A stretch of DNA of 64,000 nucleotides from Candidatus Saccharimonadales bacterium (GCA_038317055.1 JBBQBA010000001.1:216153-280152); one strand, 5' to 3'. Shown: positions 8,014 through 18,191, numbered from the stretch's first letter. Translations and numbers: made by a program. Notes: a model not told the origin generated them from the sequence alone.

Positions 8014-8652
8014 CTAAAACCATTTTAAACCGACTAATAGTACCAGCGGTATAGTCAGGTCATCTGCTCCATAAGCCGATACGTTTTCTACAAAAGCAAG
8101 AATTGGTGGCAGGATAATAACATTTAACCAGCTTAATCCAATAGTATCATTCGGATTTAGTAATTTTGCTGTTACTAAAATTCCTAAAGAAATAACTATG
8201 AAGGTGATAGTTCCAGCGACTGATTTAGTTTGACCAAATATTTTGTATTGATTCTTCTTGCCTAATCTTTTACCAACTAATGCGGCAATACCATCTGAGA
8301 GTCCAATATGTAAAAGTGCAATAGTGAATACTAATTTAGATGGTTCTAACAGTGCTAATATTAAGATACTTAACGGAAAGAACAGGTCTCCGTATGTCTT
8401 TCTCTTAACATGAAGAATACCTCGAAAAATATGTAAGTATCTTGAAACTATTATGCCAATTAAAAATGCTACAGCGACCAATTGGATTTGATGATAACTC
8501 ATATAATATGGCCAAAATGCCACGAAGACCGCTACAGATACATGTACAGTTTTACGAGTTAATTCATCGCTAAGTTTATGTTGCCGCCACATAAGTTCAC
8601 TAATAATTAGTATTATAAGTATTGCGGTTAAGCTAATTAGTATGTTTAGCAT
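8014..8652 (-). CDS. polytopic membrane protein, CTP-dependent polyprenol (dolichol/phytol) kinase-like family
   Basis: Multi-TM protein with LSDGIAALVGKRLGKK, typical of the dolichol/phytol kinase and CdsA-related superfamily. The subfamily is uncertain. Confidence 0.55.
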   Translation of the reverse strand: MLNILISLTAILIILIISELMWRQHKLSDELTRKTVHVSVAVFVAFWPYYMSYHQIQLVAVAFLIGIIVSRYLHIFRGILHVKRKTYGDLFFPLSILILALLEPSKLVFTIALLHIGLSDGIAALVGKRLGKKNQYKIFGQTKSVAGTITFIVISLGILVTAKLLNPNDTIGLSWLNVIILPPILAFVENVSAYGADDLTIPLVLLVGLKWF

Positions 8653-8765
8653 TTTTGATATTGTAACTCAACTAGCTACATATCTATAAACCATATATTG
8701 GTATATTAGTTAGTTACTGTTATGCTTATTTTGATATTAATTTTCACTAATATGAAAACCATCGA

Positions 8766-9461
8766 ATGAAAAAACGAAACCCTATAGTAGTGTTCCTACT
8801 TAGCATAGTAACCTTTGGTATCTATGACATATATTGGCTAGTCTCAACCAAAAAAGTATTAAATCAAAAAACTAAACAACACGTTCCTACTATTTGGTTA
8901 ATTGTTGGACCGATTATATTGTTAATTGTCGGGTACATTCTTTTTTTTGCTGGTGCTGGTTCGATTAAAAGTCAATCAGGCGTCTACAATCAGCAATACG
9001 GGCCAACCACTATTACTCCAAACCAAGTTGTCACTCACTCACCTATTTTCTTCGTAGGGTTGGGCATCATATTTATTGGATATATATTAACGATGATTTT
9101 AGGTCTGATTTGGATCTTTAAATATTCAAAAGCTGTCAATGAATATACTAATGGAAAAATGAGCACTGCTATTAGTTTCTTAATATTATGGTTAATTCAT
9201 TTAATCGGCGTAGCGATAATTCAAGATACTTTCAATGAAATTGAAGATGGAGGAGTTGCTCAAGCAACTGGACCTGTCACGAATAATCCTGTCCAAGCAG
9301 GTGCAGCCCAATCGATTTACCCTCAACCGACCGCAGCTGAACCATATACACCTCCTCAATCCGTAAATCCACAGCCTGGTCCTCAACCCGTAAATCCACC
9401 GGTTCAAAACCAACCTCCAGTCAGCCAAAGTGGTCCACAGGACAATAAGTTAATACAATAG
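8766..9461 (+). CDS. DUF4234-like membrane protein with a Pro/Gln-rich C-terminal tail
   Basis: N-terminal FGIYDIYWL motif, 4 predicted TM segments, and a tail PQPTAAEPYTPPQSVNPQPGPQPVNPPVQNQPP. Confidence 0.6.
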   Translation: MKKRNPIVVFLLSIVTFGIYDIYWLVSTKKVLNQKTKQHVPTIWLIVGPIILLIVGYILFFAGAGSIKSQSGVYNQQYGPTTITPNQVVTHSPIFFVGLGIIFIGYILTMILGLIWIFKYSKAVNEYTNGKMSTAISFLILWLIHLIGVAIIQDTFNEIEDGGVAQATGPVTNNPVQAGAAQSIYPQPTAAEPYTPPQSVNPQPGPQPVNPPVQNQPPVSQSGPQDNKLIQ

Positions 9462-9568
9462 TCATAAATTTACTTAAAAATATACCACTTATTTAGTGTG
9501 ATTTTAGTTAGTACTAAATAGAATGGGTTAACTGATTGTGTTAATATACAGTCAAATTAATTAAAAAC

Positions 9569-10906
9569 ATGATTTCTACAAAAAACAAAAATAAAGAAGT
9601 AGTACAGATATTCAAACAAAATTCTAAAAATATATTACTTATAACTATAGTATTAATTTTTTCTTTATTAGGAGTTCATTATTTAATTTCATCTCATGCA
9701 TCATCACCCAATGTGTCAATTAATGCAGATATCGGAGTATTAAGTGATGTAGCAACCGTAATTAGCGATAATAACGCTAGTAATGGGCATGCTGTGAAGT
9801 TTGGAACTACTCTAGCCCTACACGTATCTAATGGACAAATAGTTGATGGAAATAGTAAAACCATACGTTTGCTTGGTGCAGACATAACAAGCACAGAATC
9901 TTATTGTTTAACTCATAACGCTTTCTCATTTGGAGCTCTGGATCAATCTGAGGCTAATGGAATTAAATCATGGAAAATAAATGCTGTACGAATACCACTT
10001 AATGAAGATTGCTGGCTCGGCATTAACGGCGCACCTGCAGCTTATTCTGGTGTAAATTACCAAAATACTATAAAAAATTTCGTAGGATATCTTAATAAAG
10101 TCGGAATTTATGCCATTTTAGACCTTCATTGTGGTGCCCCAGGAACTTATCAAGCATGTCGAAATTCATTCCATATGCCAGATGAAGATCATGCTCCTTC
10201 TTTTTGGACTAGTGTCGCTTCAGCTTTTAAAACGAATCCTGCAGTAATATTTGACTTATATAATGAACCATACCTAGGAGGTCAAACCCCATCTAATGTA
10301 GACTGGACATGCTGGTTGAAAGGATGTGCCGATACCACTAGCGGTGTTGTTCCCTATAACACTGCAGGAATGCAACAATTAATAAATATCGTACGGTCTA
10401 CTGGTGCAACTCAACCAATATTAGTCGGCAGTATGATCTGGGCCGGTGACCCCTGTGGACTATATGATAGTCAAGGTGTCGGAGGTACTTGTCAGATTAC
10501 AAATCCAATATATAAACCGGTTGATCCTATTAATCAGTTAGCTATAGATTTTCATAACTACGGCGGAGTTTGTAATAATACTTATTGTTGGAACTACACG
10601 TTACACGCACTACAAGCTGCTAAAATTCCATGGATTACGACAGAATTTGGTGAGTTTGATTGTACTGGTAATTATATGAATACATATATGAACTGGGCAG
10701 ATCAAAATAATATGTCATATTTAGCATGGGCTTGGATGACGAATGATGGACCAAGTGGGGGTTATACGTCCTGTGTACCAGGGGGATCCGGTAATTCTAA
10801 TCCAGAAAATACCGAATTAATATCTAAATGGGACGGTACACCAAGTCTAATATCGCCACAAGGTGCTAATTACAGGGCTCATTTACTTAGTGTTAGCCCA
10901 TATTAA
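9569..10906 (+). CDS. glycoside hydrolase family 5 (cellulase-like), exported
   Basis: GH5 acid/base motif DLYNEPY and nucleophile region WITTEFGE. N-terminal TM followed by SSHASSP. Confidence 0.8.
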   Translation: MISTKNKNKEVVQIFKQNSKNILLITIVLIFSLLGVHYLISSHASSPNVSINADIGVLSDVATVISDNNASNGHAVKFGTTLALHVSNGQIVDGNSKTIRLLGADITSTESYCLTHNAFSFGALDQSEANGIKSWKINAVRIPLNEDCWLGINGAPAAYSGVNYQNTIKNFVGYLNKVGIYAILDLHCGAPGTYQACRNSFHMPDEDHAPSFWTSVASAFKTNPAVIFDLYNEPYLGGQTPSNVDWTCWLKGCADTTSGVVPYNTAGMQQLINIVRSTGATQPILVGSMIWAGDPCGLYDSQGVGGTCQITNPIYKPVDPINQLAIDFHNYGGVCNNTYCWNYTLHALQAAKIPWITTEFGEFDCTGNYMNTYMNWADQNNMSYLAWAWMTNDGPSGGYTSCVPGGSGNSNPENTELISKWDGTPSLISPQGANYRAHLLSVSPY

Positions 10907-10915
10907 CTTATAAAT

Positions 10916-11458
10916 CTAAGTGTAATGTCTCGGTATTATTGGAACTGCTTCTGCAATAACTATGTTTCTTGCTAAAGCAGTGGGTTTTCGACCCATATGA
11001 ATAGCTAAAGTTCCGATTCCCCTACTAGTCTCTTGTTTGAGTAATATAAATGGAATTGTACGAAGTTCAAGTCTTTTACCAAGTCCATCAAAGCATATCT
11101 GGGCTAATCGAAGACTGTGGTTACCGTCTATAGGTTTTAACCTTGGATCAGCGTTTTTATTTAGCTCAACCCTGGACGCATTCATAATAACTACGCTGGA
11201 ACGTTCATCATCCGATGGTATTTGATCATCAATTGCTTCTTCTAAAGCTTTAATTCCCTCTGTTTTGTTATCTAGGTGATAGTGTTGTAGATAACCCCGG
11301 GCAAAACCTTCTCTAGTTTCAGTTAATATTGCTACTGCCGCAGTTTCGGATAATCCATGTGTAGTTATAGTTTTTGGTTGTTCTGGATATACGGTAAGGG
11401 TGTCCCAAGAATTCATTGGAACGAGAATTTCATCGCTGTTTATGTGTTCTATTCCCAC
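10916..11458 (-). CDS. hypothetical protein
   Basis: 180-aa ORF with a GTG start, directly downstream of tRNA-Pro on the same strand. No recognisable motif. Confidence 0.5.
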   Translation of the reverse strand: MGIEHINSDEILVPMNSWDTLTVYPEQPKTITTHGLSETAAVAILTETREGFARGYLQHYHLDNKTEGIKALEEAIDDQIPSDDERSSVVIMNASRVELNKNADPRLKPIDGNHSLRLAQICFDGLGKRLELRTIPFILLKQETSRGIGTLAIHMGRKPTALARNIVIAEAVPIIPRHYT

Positions 11459-11492
11459 TATTTACCCTTTTTACACATTTAGTTTTAGCTTT

Positions 11493-11569
11493 TGGTCGGG
11501 GATAGAGGACTCGAACCTCCGACCTCCGCGTCCCAAACGCGGCGCGCTAGCCAACTGCGCCAATCCCCG
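11493..11569 (-). tRNA. tRNA-Pro (TGG), CCA encoded
   Basis: Hand fold: acceptor CGGGGAT/ATCCCCG, anticodon loop TTTGGGA, T loop TTCGAGT. Confidence 0.93.
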
Positions 11570-11731
11570 ATAAATGCCAAATCCAAACTATCTTTGCTTT
11601 ATAACTTAAGCAATTACATGTAAGCTTGATATAAGGAGCATTTCTGGCCGATTATAACGGATAGAGCTCCAAAAAACTAGGCTTAACTATCTATTGTGGA
11701 TTTTTAGCCAATAATGTGTTATAATTATACC

Positions 11732-11890
11732 ATGAAATACGCATCAACCTTTTTTACTATACTCCTTATATGGGTTGCAGTTATATTGATGTCCTTAACC
11801 GTTCAAGATGCAGGACAAGTTTTTGAATTGTATGTCGCTGTAATGATTTCTACACTATTGTTATTTTTAATTGGCTTTGGCCGGGCATAA
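11732..11890 (+). CDS. 52-aa two-TM mini protein (not in the ORF track)
   Basis: Own translation: MKYASTFFTILLIWVAVILMSLTVQDAGQVFELYVAVMISTLLLFLIGFGRA. TGtTATAAT at 11717-11725 lies 6 nt before the ATG. It is paralogous to the ORF at 13432. Confidence 0.5.
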   Translation: MKYASTFFTILLIWVAVILMSLTVQDAGQVFELYVAVMISTLLLFLIGFGRA

Positions 11891-11891
11891 C

Positions 11892-13439
11892 GTGAAACCG
11901 CAAAGTATTAACTCCATAAAGCGACACAGAGCCGCTAAGATGGCAATGATAGCTACTAGAGCTATGTATTTGCAAAAACGTGGTCGTAACGCTGAGATGG
12001 CTTCATATATATGTGACGAATTAGTTTCACTTGGTGGTATATATATTAAGTTTTTACAGGGTGTAATGCTTCAAAGTGAATTTTTTAAACAATGGAAAAG
12101 CCCAAATCGTTATAATATATTCGAGAACTTAGATACTGAGATAATTGATTTACCTAAATTACTACAAAAAGAACTAAAACCAGCGCTTTTAGCGCAAATC
12201 GCCCAAGTTCAACCTCAACCCTTTGCTGCGGGTAGTTTTGGACAAGTATATTTTGGCGTTTTACGTGATGGCACACCAGTAATTATTAAGGCTCTTCGGC
12301 CATTGGTTCGTGAAACTCTACAGTTTGATTTAAAACTTATCAACGTTTTTGCAAAGCAATTCTTCATAAAACTATATGACGGTATGCAATTAGACGTAAA
12401 TGAGGCACTTAAAGAGTTTAAAAAGTCTTCATTAAACGAAACTGATTATGAATCTGAAGCAGAATTTGCAAATGAACTATACGAAGCTTACAAAAACAAC
12501 GAAACTTTTATAATCCCACAAACTTATTTAGAATTAAGTACTCCAAATATTATTGTACAAGAATATCTAGGCGGAATATCTGGTGCTCAACTTGTCAAAC
12601 TCCAAGAACAAGGTGTCGAACCTCATAGTTATGTAATGGAAAAATTAGGTTCCAACCTAGATCAACAATTAATTACACTTGGCCAAGAATATATTTATGG
12701 AATGTTTACACTACCAAGAGTACAAGGTGATCCACACCCCGGTAATGTAAAGTTTCTAGAAAATAACAAAATCGGATTAATAGATTTTGGTATATTCGCG
12801 CCAGCCCCTAAAGATAAACCAGCATTCTTCGCTTTAATTGGAGAGTATTCAAATCTATATAATGGAAAATTAGACATCGAAGAACTATTTGGAAAATTCC
12901 TACGAGTATTTGCAAATGATTTATATAGGGCTTTTAAAAGGTTACATGAAGCAAGTGGAGAAAATTCAGGTGAAGATTTAACAAAAACTATTGGTAAATT
13001 AGCTAAAAAAGCATTTTCAATGCATATGAAAAAATCTGAATCTACTCAGATGATGAATGATCCTAATATGCTAAAACTGGTGAATCAAATTGTTAATAAG
13101 CAGAACCGATTCGGTCTAAAATTAACTATAAATTCATCTGAAATTATTCGTGCAGCTCAAACCTACATTACCTTAGTAGAAAGTTTGGGAAGACAAGATG
13201 AAGTTCTACCAATTGTATTTGATGTAGCTACTACAAAACTTGCTAAAGAACATTCTGAGTTGCTAATAGAATCGCCTAGTAATATGACAATTCAAAGAGC
13301 TATCGATATTGTAACTAAATGGTTAGAAAGAGTAGCAAATCGTGATCCTGTTTTATTCCGTAAATTATTGGGCCAAATTAAAGGCGGCGGAAACATAAGT
13401 AGCATTGATAGAAAAGATAAGGAGACCCTAAATGTTTAA
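11892..13439 (+). CDS. ABC1/UbiB-family atypical protein kinase
   Basis: Motifs FIKFLQ, QPFAAGSFGQVYFGVLRDGTPVIIKALRP and GDPHPGNV. The start is uncertain: TTG 11871, GTG 11892 (1 nt after the upstream stop) or ATG 11940. Confidence 0.85.
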   Translation: MKPQSINSIKRHRAAKMAMIATRAMYLQKRGRNAEMASYICDELVSLGGIYIKFLQGVMLQSEFFKQWKSPNRYNIFENLDTEIIDLPKLLQKELKPALLAQIAQVQPQPFAAGSFGQVYFGVLRDGTPVIIKALRPLVRETLQFDLKLINVFAKQFFIKLYDGMQLDVNEALKEFKKSSLNETDYESEAEFANELYEAYKNNETFIIPQTYLELSTPNIIVQEYLGGISGAQLVKLQEQGVEPHSYVMEKLGSNLDQQLITLGQEYIYGMFTLPRVQGDPHPGNVKFLENNKIGLIDFGIFAPAPKDKPAFFALIGEYSNLYNGKLDIEELFGKFLRVFANDLYRAFKRLHEASGENSGEDLTKTIGKLAKKAFSMHMKKSESTQMMNDPNMLKLVNQIVNKQNRFGLKLTINSSEIIRAAQTYITLVESLGRQDEVLPIVFDVATTKLAKEHSELLIESPSNMTIQRAIDIVTKWLERVANRDPVLFRKLLGQIKGGGNISSIDRKDKETLNV

Positions 13440-13620
13440 AGATTTTATTCTGTTTATAAAGTACCCATACACTGCTGGAGTTATTATAACTATATGGCTA
13501 GGTAGTGCTGCATTAATGGCAATTAACCGTGGTTTACCGGCTATTAAGGTAGTTGTTGTCGATATGATAGCAACTGTAATAATTGCTTTGCTTGGTTTCA
13601 ACGGTAAGTCAGAACATTAA
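13432..13620 (+). CDS. 62-aa two-TM mini protein
   Basis: ORF track entry. Its ATG overlaps the kinase stop by 8 nt. It shares KY..T..I..IW and MI.T....L.GF with the 52-aa ORF at 11732. Confidence 0.55.
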   Translation: MFKDFILFIKYPYTAGVIITIWLGSAALMAINRGLPAIKVVVVDMIATVIIALLGFNGKSEH

Positions 13621-13621
13621 G

Positions 13622-14422
13622 TTAGTTCAGGGTTTCTTGAATTAACTTGGTAGATATACTAAGACCTGTTTTATTATCAACTTCTATTAACAGTCCATTC
13701 AATTGAAATGGTCCTTCAGTTTCTATCTCATTTTTCAAAACCTTACTATCCCGCCATCTTTTGATAATTGTTTCTGTTTTAACACCTAGCGAGGAATAAA
13801 TGGTACCACACATACCCACATCGGTAATGTGTGCTGTACCGTTTTTTAATACAGTCGCATCTGCAGTGGAAACATGCCAGTGGTCTCCGATAACTGCAGT
13901 TACACGTCCATCCAAATAATAACCAAAAACCAATTTTTCACTACTATAATCACCGTGAAAATTGACTACAGTAGCTACCTTTGAAAACTTTGATTCATCT
14001 TCAAGTATTTTGTCGATTACTTTGAGAGGATTATCGACTGGTTTGTTTGAGTCTTTTCCGACAATTTGGCCGAGCATACTTATTACAAGTACTTTGCCGG
14101 CTTTAGTTTTAACATATTTATATCCCAGACCTTCTGTTCCCTCAGGATAATTAGCGGGACGAATAATAGGTTCATCGGGATTATCTAGATATGGAATAAT
14201 ATCTGGTTCATGCAAACTCCAATTACCTCCAGTACAGAAATCCACTCCCGCTTTTTGTATACGTTTAAAATCTTTAGGTAAAATTCCCTTGCCATTGCTT
14301 AAATTTTCAGCTTGAGCAATAACTAGATCTATTTCAAGCGATTTTTTAAGTTTAGGAAGAAGCTCTTCGACAACAAATATGCCGGGCTCAGCCATAATGT
14401 CACCTAGATATAAAATATTCAT
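13622..14422 (-). CDS. ymdB: YmdB-family metallophosphoesterase (2',3'-cyclic-nucleotide phosphodiesterase)
   Basis: ILYLGDI, AENLSNGKG, RPANYPEGT, GDHWHVSTAD and ITDVGMCG are colinear with Bacillus YmdB. It lies downstream of rny, as in Firmicutes. Confidence 0.85.
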   Translation of the reverse strand: MNILYLGDIMAEPGIFVVEELLPKLKKSLEIDLVIAQAENLSNGKGILPKDFKRIQKAGVDFCTGGNWSLHEPDIIPYLDNPDEPIIRPANYPEGTEGLGYKYVKTKAGKVLVISMLGQIVGKDSNKPVDNPLKVIDKILEDESKFSKVATVVNFHGDYSSEKLVFGYYLDGRVTAVIGDHWHVSTADATVLKNGTAHITDVGMCGTIYSSLGVKTETIIKRWRDSKVLKNEIETEGPFQLNGLLIEVDNKTGLSISTKLIQETLN

Positions 14423-14443
14423 TTAATTAATCAATTTAGAACT

Positions 14444-15958
14444 TTATTTAGCGAATTCTATTGCTCTAGTTTCTCTTATTACGTTAACTTTTATTGTACC
14501 GGGGTACTGCATTGTTGATTCTATTTTAGTTGCAATATCACGTGCTAATTTAATTGCTGTAAGATCATCGATTTGTTGTGGTTTAACAAATATTCTGACT
14601 TCCCTACCTGCACTAATTGCGTATGCTTTATCAATTCCTTCAAATCCGGTAGCTACATTTTCAAGATCACGCATTCGCTCAATGAAGTTCTCAGCACTTA
14701 TATTCCTTGCTCCTGGTCGAGATGCACTGACAGCATCAACTACTCTTACAATTAGAGCTTCAGTAGTTGTTGCTTCAACGTCATCATGATGAGCTTCTGC
14801 TGCATGAGCTACTTCTTCTGGTGCTCCATATTTCCTTAACATCTCACCGCTAATATGATGATGCTTGCCTTCCATCTTGTGTGTAAGCGCTTTACCTAAA
14901 TCATGAACTAGTGCTGCATATTTGGCTGTTTTAACATTTGCCCCAAGCTCTTCAGCGATTAGTCCTGCCATATGAGCCATTTCAGTTGAGTGCTTAAGTA
15001 CATTCTGTCCGTAGCTTGTCCTATATTTAAGTTCACCAAGAAGTTGTAATACTTCTTTTGGAATACCAATAATACCAACTTCTCTCGCTGCATCTTCTCC
15101 TGCTCTCATAACATCTTTTTGGACATTATTTTGGGCTTTTACTACAAGTTCTTCAATTCGAGAAGGTTGAATTCGACCATCTTTAATAAGCATTTCTAAA
15201 GTTTGTCTAGCCACTTCACGTCTAACTGGGTCAAATGAGCTAAGTACAATTACACCAGGTGAATCATCGACTAATATATCAACGCCAGTTGCTCGTTGTA
15301 GTGCTTGAATGTTACGGCCTTCCTTACCAATAATGCGGCCCTTCATCTCTTCTTCTTCCATCTTCACCGTACTGACAGTTCGCTCTGCAGTAACTTCACT
15401 AGCCATCCGTTCCATAGATGAAACAAGGATAAATGCAGCAAGATCTTCTGCATCTTCTCTCGCATTATTTTGTAACTTACCAACTAAACCAACTAGATCA
15501 TTTTTAATATCCCTTTCGGTCATAGCCATGAGTTTATCTGAAGCATCTGATTTAGTAAGCTTAGCTATTTTCTCTAATTTTTCTTGCTGCTTAGTTCGTA
15601 TTTTACGAATTTCGTCTTTTAGTTCTTCAACTTCATCTTCGGCTTTTCTAAGATTTTCGGTACGTTTATCTAGAGTGTCCAACTTCTTTTCTATTTGTTC
15701 ATCTCGATTGATTAATCTATTTTCTATTTCTTTATTTTCTTTACGTCTAATTGCTTCTTCTTTGCGAGCTTGTTCAATAATTGAAGCTGCTTCTTCTCGA
15801 GCCTCTATTAATTTTTTTGTTGCTTCTTTTTTTGCTTTTTCGAGTTCTTTTTTGGCTTCTGCTTCAGCGCTGCCCATCTTCTTTCGTGTAACTGCTGTAC
15901 TAGCACCAAAACCAACACCAATACCAACAATTGCCAATATAATAGTAATCGGATCCAT
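14444..15958 (-). CDS. rny: ribonuclease Y
   Basis: N-terminal TM, charged coiled coil, KH domain (GRIIGKEGRNI) and HD domain (LVHDLGK). Confidence 0.95.
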   Translation of the reverse strand: MDPITIILAIVGIGVGFGASTAVTRKKMGSAEAEAKKELEKAKKEATKKLIEAREEAASIIEQARKEEAIRRKENKEIENRLINRDEQIEKKLDTLDKRTENLRKAEDEVEELKDEIRKIRTKQQEKLEKIAKLTKSDASDKLMAMTERDIKNDLVGLVGKLQNNAREDAEDLAAFILVSSMERMASEVTAERTVSTVKMEEEEMKGRIIGKEGRNIQALQRATGVDILVDDSPGVIVLSSFDPVRREVARQTLEMLIKDGRIQPSRIEELVVKAQNNVQKDVMRAGEDAAREVGIIGIPKEVLQLLGELKYRTSYGQNVLKHSTEMAHMAGLIAEELGANVKTAKYAALVHDLGKALTHKMEGKHHHISGEMLRKYGAPEEVAHAAEAHHDDVEATTTEALIVRVVDAVSASRPGARNISAENFIERMRDLENVATGFEGIDKAYAISAGREVRIFVKPQQIDDLTAIKLARDIATKIESTMQYPGTIKVNVIRETRAIEFAK

Positions 15959-16105
15959 ACGTTCTTCCTTCCTATTTCTATTAACTAGTGCTTCTTAGGC
16001 ATTCACTATCACTTCTTTAGCCAAAAATATTACTAGTTTAATTCAAGTTTAATTATCTTTAAGTGGACCCTGTCTCCCAAAAAACAGCATAAAATCCTAC
16101 CCATA

Positions 16106-16134
16106 ATAATAGACTTTGCGCAGTATTCAGTCAA
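16106..16134 (-). promoter_or_regulatory. sigma70-like promoter TTGACT-17-TATTAT upstream of rny
   Basis: Read on the minus strand: TTGACT at 16134-16129 and TATTAT at 16111-16106. This implies a ~140-nt 5' UTR. Confidence 0.45.
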
Positions 16135-16149
16135 CTTATGGGACCTAAA

Positions 16150-16545
16150 CTACTTCTTAGGTACGGTAACATGAGCCTCAGCTCCGTATTCCGGTGTAAT
16201 AGTTTTTTCATTTTGACTATCAAGCAGTTTTTTAATTCCATCTTTTATCCAATCATCACTTTGACTACCAATTATTGGTACGTCTAATGAATACGCAAGA
16301 GTATTTGCGAAAGCTATTCCTATTCTTAATCCCGTAAAACTTCCTGGTCCTTTATACACAACTAAACCATTGAGTTCATGCCAAGTTTTATCAGCACTTT
16401 TTAATAACTTTGCTACTTGAGTATGAATGGTTTCAGATAATTCAAAATGAGCCTGCCACTTATGGTAGATAATCGAGTTCTGATCTTCATATAGACCAAT
16501 TTCAGACTCTGGTTTGTCAGTTCTAACTGCTAGGATTAACATCAT
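16150..16545 (-). CDS. tsaB: tRNA t6A37 synthesis protein TsaB, short form (131 aa)
   Basis: YKGPGSFTGLRIGIAFANTLAYSLDVP. It overlaps the tsaE end by 23 nt. Confidence 0.8.
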   Translation of the reverse strand: MMLILAVRTDKPESEIGLYEDQNSIIYHKWQAHFELSETIHTQVAKLLKSADKTWHELNGLVVYKGPGSFTGLRIGIAFANTLAYSLDVPIIGSQSDDWIKDGIKKLLDSQNEKTITPEYGAEAHVTVPKK

Positions 16546-16990
16546 TACCTATTAAGTATGACAAACTTTCAGGGTATGTGAATAGTAAATTTCTACTATT
16601 ATCTACAATATATTCAAATTCTACCGTTAGTCTCTGTTTAGGAAGTGCGTCAGAAACTAAATTTGGCCATTCGACTACTACGACATTAGTCTTATCATTT
16701 AAGACATCTCTTAATTCGTGTTTGATAAGTTCATCGTCATTTAATCTATAGAAATCAAAGTGGTGAATCTTTAATTTTTCACCTTGATATACCCGACTAA
16801 TCGTAAAGGTAGGACTTGCTACATTGTCTTCACTTTTTATTCCAGCAGCTAGGCCATGAGTGAAGGTAGTTTTTCCGCCGCCAAGTTCGCTAATTAACTC
16901 AATTACTTCACCACCCCTGAACTTGCTGCTAATACTACGGGCTATAGCTTCTGTTTTGTCTGGAGAATCGGAAGTAATTTTAAAATTCAT
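16523..16990 (-). CDS. tsaE: tRNA t6A37 synthesis ATPase TsaE
   Basis: P-loop ELGGGKTTFTHGLA, SPTFT and HFDFYRL motifs. Confidence 0.85.
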   Translation of the reverse strand: MNFKITSDSPDKTEAIARSISSKFRGGEVIELISELGGGKTTFTHGLAAGIKSEDNVASPTFTISRVYQGEKLKIHHFDFYRLNDDELIKHELRDVLNDKTNVVVVEWPNLVSDALPKQRLTVEFEYIVDNSRNLLFTYPESLSYLIGNDVNPSS

Positions 16991-17069
16991 ATAACTGTAT
17001 GATTATAACCATTTTTTTTCTTTATATATATCATGTAGCTAAATTGGAGCTTAAGCTATACTAAAGGAT

Positions 17070-17606
17070 ATGCTTTTGTTGAGCCAAACTATATTGAATA
17101 AACCCGTTTTGTCGTTAAGAACCGGTGGACAGATTGCCCATATATTTAATTACATAATTAACCCAAATAACTTCAAGGTTGAAGGTTTTTATTGCCACGA
17201 TCATGAATCTAAGAAAGATCTGATTCTTTTATATCAGGATGTAAGAAATATTATTGGACAGGGAATAATTGTTAACGACCAGGATGTTTTAAGTACTGCC
17301 GATATTCTAGTAAGATTACAGGAAGTTTTAAAGATAAATTTTGTTCTTATTGGTAAACCAGTTGTAACGGTTGGAAAAGAAAAAGTTGGTAAGGTTAAAG
17401 ATTTCGCAATCGATAGCGAAACGTTTTATGTCCAAAAGATATATGTTGGAAGATCGCTTATTAAAAGTTTAGGAAGTGGGCAATTAAGCATAGATAGAAC
17501 TCAAATAATAGAAGTTACTGACACGAAAATAATAATTCAGGAATTAATAAATCCAGTTAAAGCTGGAGTACCTTCGGTTGCCACTTCATTAAGTTCATCT
17601 CTCTAA
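17070..17606 (+). CDS. PRC-barrel domain protein (two repeats)
   Basis: Two segments of the type KPV.S...G..IG.V.D..I, typical of PRC barrels. Assignment is by pattern only. Confidence 0.5.
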   Translation: MLLLSQTILNKPVLSLRTGGQIAHIFNYIINPNNFKVEGFYCHDHESKKDLILLYQDVRNIIGQGIIVNDQDVLSTADILVRLQEVLKINFVLIGKPVVTVGKEKVGKVKDFAIDSETFYVQKIYVGRSLIKSLGSGQLSIDRTQIIEVTDTKIIIQELINPVKAGVPSVATSLSSSL

Positions 17607-18191
17607 AGCAGTCTTAATTTTGTCATAATTAAAGCCGCGACGTGCAAGGAACTGCATTAATTTTAAATCATCTTGATATTTAGATTGAATACGCTTTTTC
17701 TCAATTAATTCTTTAATAAGCTTTACCTCATCAATAGACTCATCTTCGAGTACTTTATTAATTATTTCTCTACTAATCTTTTTTTGTTGAAGTTCGCTTT
17801 TAATTTGTCTGATACTAGACTTCTTGTTTTTTGTTCTTGATTCAACCCACTGTTTTGCGAACAATTCATCATTTAATAAAGCTTTACTTGTTAAGTAAGA
17901 TATTGTTTTATCAATTATTTCTATTTCATACTTTTTCCTGATCAAATAATCTTTAATCTCACCAGTACTTCTGGCTCGATAACCTAATAGGCGATAACAA
18001 GAATTTCTGGCATTGCTAAATTCTACTTCATTACCTAACTTTTCAAGATCAGAATTCTCTAAATCTTGTCCAACACTTAGTTTGAGCTTAATAAGGTCTG
18101 CCTCAGACAAGGAGAAGGAATATTTGTTATCTATAAATATAGAATATCTATCTGTTCTTTTAATTTGTTGTTTAATTTTTGTAAGCTTCAT
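17595..18191 (-). CDS. recX: recombination regulator RecX
   Basis: Helical-repeat protein (CYRLLGYRARSTGEIKDYL, FLARRGFNYDKIKTAL) immediately downstream of recA. It ends in TGA. Confidence 0.8.
   Translation of the reverse strand: MKLTKIKQQIKRTDRYSIFIDNKYSFSLSEADLIKLKLSVGQDLENSDLEKLGNEVEFSNARNSCYRLLGYRARSTGEIKDYLIRKKYEIEIIDKTISYLTSKALLNDELFAKQWVESRTKNKKSSIRQIKSELQQKKISREIINKVLEDESIDEVKLIKELIEKKRIQSKYQDDLKLMQFLARRGFNYDKIKTALER

Noticed and set aside
17595-17597. Possibility of an alternative genetic code (UGA reassigned, as in some CPR lineages).
   Set aside because: All conserved genes are full length under the standard code with no in-frame TGA. TGA acts as the stop of recX (17595), the PRTase (28335) and the protease (34796). 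TGA is simply rare, and TAA and TAG dominate.
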